Shown here piece after piece: positions 14,917 to 20,000 of a stretch of 20,000 nucleotides of DNA (position 1 is its first letter; every line of letters begins with the position of its first letter). The translations under genes and the position numbers were made by a program. Source of the DNA: an uncultured virus (IMG/VR IMGVR_UViG_3300032093_000120) (Duplodnaviria > Heunggongvirae > Uroviricota > Caudoviricetes); the IMG/VR virus record IMGVR_UViG_3300032093_000120. One strand, given 5' to 3'. Under the pieces are notes generated by a model. The model did not search any database, had not been told where the DNA came from, and saw only the letters and a list, made by a program, of their open reading frames with translations.

Positions 14917-15516
14917 ATGCATAAAGAACAATCCGGTTTTGGCGATAACGCTGTAGCCACACTGCAAGCAAACGCATCCATCCCTGAGGGAATGGGAGTA
15001 GAGGGCTACTATCATGTAGAGTGCCGTGACGCACAGGGTAACCTCAAGTGGGACGAAGAGTTTCCTAACTTGGTCGTTGCCGTTGGTAAAGAGTTGTTGT
15101 TGGACACCTTGCTCCGCACATCTGGTACATACACCACTGTTGGCCCGTTCCTTGGTCTGATTAACAATAGCACTACCTTTGCAGCCGCAGACACCATGAC
15201 TTCTAAGACATGGACTGAGTTGACTACCTACACCGTGGGCGGTTCAGCAGTGCGCGGTACAGCAGTATTTGCAGCGGCTAGTTCATCTGGTCTAACTCCA
15301 TCAAACGTCACTACGTCAACGGCTACGGCTATCACCTACACAATGACAGGTTCTGCTACTGTGTATGGATGTTTCTTGGTGACAGGTACTGGCGCAGTCA
15401 GCACAATCTCTAGCACTGCGGGTACTTTGTACTCAGAAGGCAACTTCAGCACTGCCAAGACTGTTACATCTGGCGATACCGTAACTGTTACTTACTCTAC
15501 TACCGCGACTTCTTAA
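14917..15516 (+). CDS. Thr-rich tail structural protein
   Basis: SD AGGAG; GNLKWDEEFPNLVV..G and KTVTSGDTVTVTY, typical of fibre N-terminal attachment domains. Confidence 0.7.
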   Translation: MHKEQSGFGDNAVATLQANASIPEGMGVEGYYHVECRDAQGNLKWDEEFPNLVVAVGKELLLDTLLRTSGTYTTVGPFLGLINNSTTFAAADTMTSKTWTELTTYTVGGSAVRGTAVFAAASSSGLTPSNVTTSTATAITYTMTGSATVYGCFLVTGTGAVSTISSTAGTLYSEGNFSTAKTVTSGDTVTVTYSTTATS

Positions 15517-15526
15517 GGAGTCTTAA

Positions 15527-16570
15527 ATGGCTCTAGCCCTCAATGACCGGGTACAACAGACTGGCACAGCCAACACCACGGTAAGTTTTACCTTATCTGG
15601 CTCTGTCACGGGCTTTCAATCCTTTGCCGTCGTTGGCAACGGGAATACGACTTACTATTCTTCCTTTGATGCTACGGGCAACTGGGAAGTTGGTATTGGC
15701 ACGTATTCAACTACTGGCCCTACGCTCACGCGCACAACCATTCTGGCCTCCAGTAACTCTGGAACAGCGGTCACGTTTAGCGGCACAGTCAATGTCTTTG
15801 TAACTTACCCATCTGAGAAATCCGTCAACCTAGACGCATCTGATAACGTCAGTGCGTTGGGTACAGTGTCTTCTGGTACTTGGCAAGGTACAACTGTAGG
15901 CGTGGCTTATGGCGGCACGGGCGTAACTGCTTCTAGTGGTGCTAACTCGGTGATGCTGAGAGATGCTAACCAGAACGTATCCATCAACCGTTTAAACCAA
16001 TCCAACACAGCGACATCAGCGGCGGGCGGTACAACAGCCCTGACTGCGGCTTCTAGTTACTCACAGACATTGAACGGCACGGGCAACCAGACCTACACAA
16101 TGCCTGACGCTACCACCCTGACTACAGGCGTAGCATTTGAGTTCAACAACAATGCAACTGGCACACTGACTCTCCAAGACTATGCGACTGGTGCTATTGG
16201 CACGGTTGCCTCTGGTGGTGCGGTTGAGCTTGTACTGCTATCTAACGGTACGGTTGGCGGAACATGGGACGTACACGGATACATTCCAGAGAACATAACT
16301 TGGGGCACTAACGCACTAAACCTTGGCTCTACGGTCATCACGGGTGGCACTTGGAACGGCGGCACTATTGCTAGTAACTATGGCGGTACAGGGCTTACAA
16401 GTTACGCCGCTGGTGACATGCTCTATTACACATCTGGCACTGCGCTGTCTAAAGTAGGTATTGGTGCTAACGGATATATTTTGACTTCTAACGGCAGTGC
16501 GCCAACGTGGGCAGCAAATGCAAGTGCTTCAGTTGACCAAGCGTACTACCTAGCTTTTATGATGGGATAA
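15527..16570 (+). CDS. Tail fibre-like protein
   Basis: MALALNDRV..T, WEVGIGTY, repeated GTW.G..I...YGGTG.T motifs, AGDMLY...GANGYILTSNG.APTW. Confidence 0.7.
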   Translation: MALALNDRVQQTGTANTTVSFTLSGSVTGFQSFAVVGNGNTTYYSSFDATGNWEVGIGTYSTTGPTLTRTTILASSNSGTAVTFSGTVNVFVTYPSEKSVNLDASDNVSALGTVSSGTWQGTTVGVAYGGTGVTASSGANSVMLRDANQNVSINRLNQSNTATSAAGGTTALTAASSYSQTLNGTGNQTYTMPDATTLTTGVAFEFNNNATGTLTLQDYATGAIGTVASGGAVELVLLSNGTVGGTWDVHGYIPENITWGTNALNLGSTVITGGTWNGGTIASNYGGTGLTSYAAGDMLYYTSGTALSKVGIGANGYILTSNGSAPTWAANASASVDQAYYLAFMMG

Positions 16571-16573
16571 GAA

Positions 16574-16897
16574 ATGGCTACCTACACCAACGTATCGTAT
16601 GGAGTAAAGAACATAAGCACTGGCGGGTCAACCGTCACTACGGTTTCTTCTGGCACATTGGCTGTAGCCAGCCTTGTGGTGTCTAACACTTCTACTTCAC
16701 CCATCACCTGTGATGTCTACATTACCCGTTCGGCAGTTAACTACTATGTGGTAGAGACAGCCACTGTAGCGGTTGGCGGGTCACTAGAGGTGATTCAAGG
16801 CAACAGGATTATTCTGCAAGCAAGTGATGCTTTGGTAGTGGTAGCCAGCGCGTCTTCTTCAGCCGATGCTTGGGTATCAGGATTGACGGTGGTCTAA
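16574..16897 (+). CDS. Small beta-sandwich virion protein (107 aa)
   Basis: Tightly coupled ORF with alternating hydrophobic beta strands. Confidence 0.7.
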   Translation: MATYTNVSYGVKNISTGGSTVTTVSSGTLAVASLVVSNTSTSPITCDVYITRSAVNYYVVETATVAVGGSLEVIQGNRIILQASDALVVVASASSSADAWVSGLTVV

Positions 16898-18412
16898 ATG
16901 GCATCAATCGGTAATTCCCCCACACAACAGGCTTTCACCCCAGCCATTGATTACTTCAGTGGTAACGGTAGTACGACCGCATTCACGCTGTCTCGCCCAG
17001 TTGCGTCTGTAGCCCAAGTCCAAGTTACGATTGACAACGTAGCCCAGAATCCTAGTTCAGCATACACAGTAAGCAGCAACACCATCACATTTACGTCTGC
17101 TCCGTTGAGCGGGACTAATAACATTTATGTGTACTACACAAGCCCGATAACTCAGGTCATAGCACCGGGTCAGGGTACGGTGACTTCGGACAGCTTTGGA
17201 ACAATTACAAACTTCACCACTACAGGAAACACCGTTCTTGGTGACGCTACTACAGACACATTGACTGTTGGCGTGACAGGGATTGTGAAAGATGCAAGTG
17301 GTAATGTGGGGATTGGTACTGCTTCGCCTACAACCTATGGCGCAACCACAAAATTAGCAGTAGTAAGTAGTAGCACGGCTGGGTCATGGCTTGTTGGCGG
17401 TTCTAATGCGGGTGCTTACGCATACTTTAGTAACAATGCCCAATCTGCTACTACAAACGTATTTCAAATAGGTCAAGGTTGGTCTACTGGCTCTGACAAT
17501 TTGTGTTTTTTAAATAGCAACGGCGCAAATCCGTTAATGTTTGCTACCAATGGCTCAGAGCGTATGCGTATCGACTCCTCTGGTAATGTGCTGGTGGGGG
17601 CTACAACTCCATATTCTGGTACTGTTTCAAACCTTACCGCTACTACTGGCGTTGACATTGGTTCAAGCAGTACTGCAACATCTAAGCAGTTGCAATTTAT
17701 AAGAAACGGAAGTACTGGGACTGCTGGAAATATTTATGCAACTGCTGGTAGTTTTAGTAACTACTGCGGTGTTGAGTTTGTTATTGAAAACGTAGGCGGC
17801 GGTTCACAGGCAGGTTATTTAAAATTTAATACAACCGCAAGTGCAACTTCAAACGAGCGGATGCGAATTACTTCTGGAGACAACATCCGTATTGGAATGC
17901 AAAATTACAATGCACAACCAAGTGCATCAAATTACGGGGTTTCTCTTAACAACACCAATGCTGGATGTAACTTTTTTGCTGGGGCTAACGGAGTTCAGAC
18001 GCATTTAGTATTTGGAAACCTTAATGGCGTTGTTGGCTCAGTTCAAACCAATGGTTCTAGCACCGCATTTAATACTTCTTCAGACTACCGTTTAAAAGAA
18101 GATGTGCAACCCATGACGGGGGCGTTGGCAAAAGTTGCTCGCCTTAAACCCGTTACTTATAAATGGAAAGCCGATGGCTCAGATGGTGAAGGCTTTATAG
18201 CCCATGAGTTAAAAGAAGTTTGCCCACACGCAGTCAACGGTGAAAAAGACGAGTTAGATGAAAACGGTGATATCAAACCGCAAGGGATGGATGTTTCGTT
18301 TCTAGTAGCAACACTAACAGCGGCTATCCAAGAACTAAAAGCAATAAACGACACACAAGCCGAAACAATCAACGCACTAACCGCTCGGATTGAAGCGCTG
18401 GAGAACAGATAA
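16898..18412 (+). CDS. Tail fibre with a C-terminal intramolecular chaperone (peptidase S74) domain
   Basis: GNVGIGTASP and ERMRIDSSGNV repeats; autocleavage motif TSSDYRLKEDV, GFIAHEL, terminal coiled coil. Confidence 0.9.
   Translation: MASIGNSPTQQAFTPAIDYFSGNGSTTAFTLSRPVASVAQVQVTIDNVAQNPSSAYTVSSNTITFTSAPLSGTNNIYVYYTSPITQVIAPGQGTVTSDSFGTITNFTTTGNTVLGDATTDTLTVGVTGIVKDASGNVGIGTASPTTYGATTKLAVVSSSTAGSWLVGGSNAGAYAYFSNNAQSATTNVFQIGQGWSTGSDNLCFLNSNGANPLMFATNGSERMRIDSSGNVLVGATTPYSGTVSNLTATTGVDIGSSSTATSKQLQFIRNGSTGTAGNIYATAGSFSNYCGVEFVIENVGGGSQAGYLKFNTTASATSNERMRITSGDNIRIGMQNYNAQPSASNYGVSLNNTNAGCNFFAGANGVQTHLVFGNLNGVVGSVQTNGSSTAFNTSSDYRLKEDVQPMTGALAKVARLKPVTYKWKADGSDGEGFIAHELKEVCPHAVNGEKDELDENGDIKPQGMDVSFLVATLTAAIQELKAINDTQAETINALTARIEALENR
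17303..17317 (+). repeat. 15-bp direct repeat AATGTGGGGATTGGT, copy 1 (copy 2 at 18559-18573)
   Basis: Exact match between the two S74 fibre genes; encodes NVGIG in both. Confidence 0.8.
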
Positions 18413-19347
18413 TGCCTATTAGTACGATTGGACAAAACGGGTTAAACGCCCCTATCACCCTAACTTCACCCGTAATAAACACGGTTACGTCTGCGGCGGC
18501 TACTGCGTTGACGCTTCAATCTGCTGGCACTACTGCGATTACTGTTGATACTTCACAGAATGTGGGGATTGGTGGAACACCATCAAAGAAACTACAAGTT
18601 ACAAGTAGTGATGTAACAGATGGAATACGACTGTATTCTTCCGATAGTGGCGGTGAAGGGTTATCTCTTGAATGGATGTCTGGTTATGGGCCAAACAGAA
18701 TAACAGCGGATATTGAATCTGATGCTTCTGGTGGTGGCGGTAATTTTGCTATTAGGGTTGCGGATACATCAGCAACATTACAAAACAGACTTCATATAGA
18801 TAATGCTGGTAATGTTGGAATTGGGCTTACATCTCCAAGTGCAAAACTTGAAGTAAATGGACAAATTCGTCCTAGTGGTACTACCGCACAAGCAATATAT
18901 ATTTATGGTGCGGCTACAGTTAAGCCTTATATAACAATTAACGAATTTGGCGTAAGGTCTTGGGATATTGGTGCGGGATATTACTCAACTGGTACTTTTT
19001 CAATTCAAAGCGGTCAGGTAAATGGTGTTTATTTAGGTGCAACTGCAACATCTTGGGCATCAGCATCAGATGAGCGTCTTAAAGACATTATTGAACCTAT
19101 TGATAATGCACTCACAAAAGTCAATGGTTTGCGTTCTGTTATTGGTAAATATAAAACAGATGAAGAAGGCGTAAGACGCAGTTTCTTAATTGCTCAAGAC
19201 ATACAAACGCAATTTCCAGAAGCACTTGAGTCATCAGACCCAGACAAATTAGGCGTTCAATACACCGATGTAATCCCTTTGCTTGTTGCATCCATTAAAG
19301 AACTCAAAGCAGAAGTAGACGCATTAAAAGCAAGGTTGACCCCATGA
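18412..19347 (+). CDS. Second tail fibre with a peptidase S74 chaperone domain
   Basis: QNVGIGGTP and GNVGIGLTSPSAKLEV repeats; SASDERLKDII, LIAQDI...PE, YTDVIPLLVASIKEL. Confidence 0.9.
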   Translation: MPISTIGQNGLNAPITLTSPVINTVTSAAATALTLQSAGTTAITVDTSQNVGIGGTPSKKLQVTSSDVTDGIRLYSSDSGGEGLSLEWMSGYGPNRITADIESDASGGGGNFAIRVADTSATLQNRLHIDNAGNVGIGLTSPSAKLEVNGQIRPSGTTAQAIYIYGAATVKPYITINEFGVRSWDIGAGYYSTGTFSIQSGQVNGVYLGATATSWASASDERLKDIIEPIDNALTKVNGLRSVIGKYKTDEEGVRRSFLIAQDIQTQFPEALESSDPDKLGVQYTDVIPLLVASIKELKAEVDALKARLTP

Positions 19348-20000
19348 GTTACATAGGCAATAGCCCCATCTCAATAGCTTTCCTTGTAGACACGTTCAGC
19401 GGGACAGGCTCACAAACAGCGTTCACCATGACGGTGGCTCCTGCCAATACGTCTTCAATCATCGTAGCGGTTACTGGTGTACTGCAAGACCCATCAACCT
19501 ATTCTGTATCAGGCACAACCCTGACCTTCTCAGCCGCACCTCCAAGCGGTACAAGCAACATCAGCGTCAGATACCTTGGCATCCCAGCCAGCGGAGTAAC
19601 GACCACAGCCTACAGAACCGTAACGAACTTCACAGCGACAGCGGGACAGACATCATTCAGTGTGCCTTCCTACACCGTTGGCTACATTGATGTGTACAGA
19701 AACGGGGTACGCCTTGTATCTACAGACTACACAGCCACTACGGGAACGACAGTAGTTCTAAACAACGCCTGCACAGTGGGAGACAGCGTAGTCACAGAGA
19801 GCTTCCTTGTCAGTTCGGTGTTGAATGCTATTCCTGCTACTGCGGGTAGCGTGTCGGATAGTTATATTGTGAGTATGGCGGGTTCTAAGTTGACTGGAAC
19901 GCAGGTAATTCCAAAGGCTACGTTGCCTACGGGGTCTGTGTTGCAAGTGGTGCAGGGAATTTTATCGGGCGGTGCTTCTACAACGTCTAGCACACCGGTA
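19344..20000 (+). CDS. Third tail fibre-like protein, partial (runs off the window; absent from the ORF track)
   Basis: ATGA overlap; open for 219 codons: MSYIGNSPISIAFLVDTFSGTGSQTAFTMT...TATAGQTSF...IDVYRNGVRL...LPTGSVLQVVQ; N-terminus paralogous to the 16898 fibre. Confidence 0.85.
   Translation, partial: MSYIGNSPISIAFLVDTFSGTGSQTAFTMTVAPANTSSIIVAVTGVLQDPSTYSVSGTTLTFSAAPPSGTSNISVRYLGIPASGVTTTAYRTVTNFTATAGQTSFSVPSYTVGYIDVYRNGVRLVSTDYTATTGTTVVLNNACTVGDSVVTESFLVSSVLNAIPATAGSVSDSYIVSMAGSKLTGTQVIPKATLPTGSVLQVVQGILSGGASTTSSTPV

Noticed and set aside
956..19946. Minus-strand and alternative-frame ORFs nested in the main genes (e.g. 3934..4560, 7952..8344, 8682..9074, 19758..19946)
   Set aside because: Shadow frames of well-supported + strand genes, without translation signals or motifs.
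16898..20000. Diversity-generating retroelement or invertible fibre cassette
   Set aside because: No ~100-bp template/variable repeat pair with adenine-specific mismatches, no RT or invertase, and no inverted fibre fragments.
1..20000. CRISPR array, introns/inteins or stop-codon reassignment
   Set aside because: No regularly spaced repeats; terL, portal and MCP are continuous and of normal size; TAA, TGA and TAG all end genes tightly coupled to the next start.

Overview
The window is the virion morphogenesis module of a tailed dsDNA phage, probably podovirus-like because no tail tube, sheath or tape-measure gene is seen. All credible genes are on the + strand. Order: a C-rich, palindrome-dense control region with a sigma70-type promoter and a highly structured ~180-nt leader; a LexA-type HTH-only regulator; terminase large subunit; portal; GroES co-chaperonin; scaffold; capsid decoration protein and major capsid protein; a terminator, second promoter and kissing-loop-like leader; a cluster of small Lys/Gly/Met-rich proteins sharing two peptide motifs; head-tail adaptor proteins; several Thr/Ser/Gly-rich tail proteins; and three fibre genes (two with peptidase S74 chaperone domains, the last running off the window). 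The most unusual signals are the motif-sharing basic protein family ([FYMLC]-[AKN]-x-G-G and DG[VI]AxKGKT[KR]G), two unassigned structured leader RNAs, eight copies of GTTTAAAC including at both promoters, a GAAC/GTTC operator in front of a non-cleavable LexA domain, and a near-consensus parS site. Family names come from motif recognition by eye; no database search was run.
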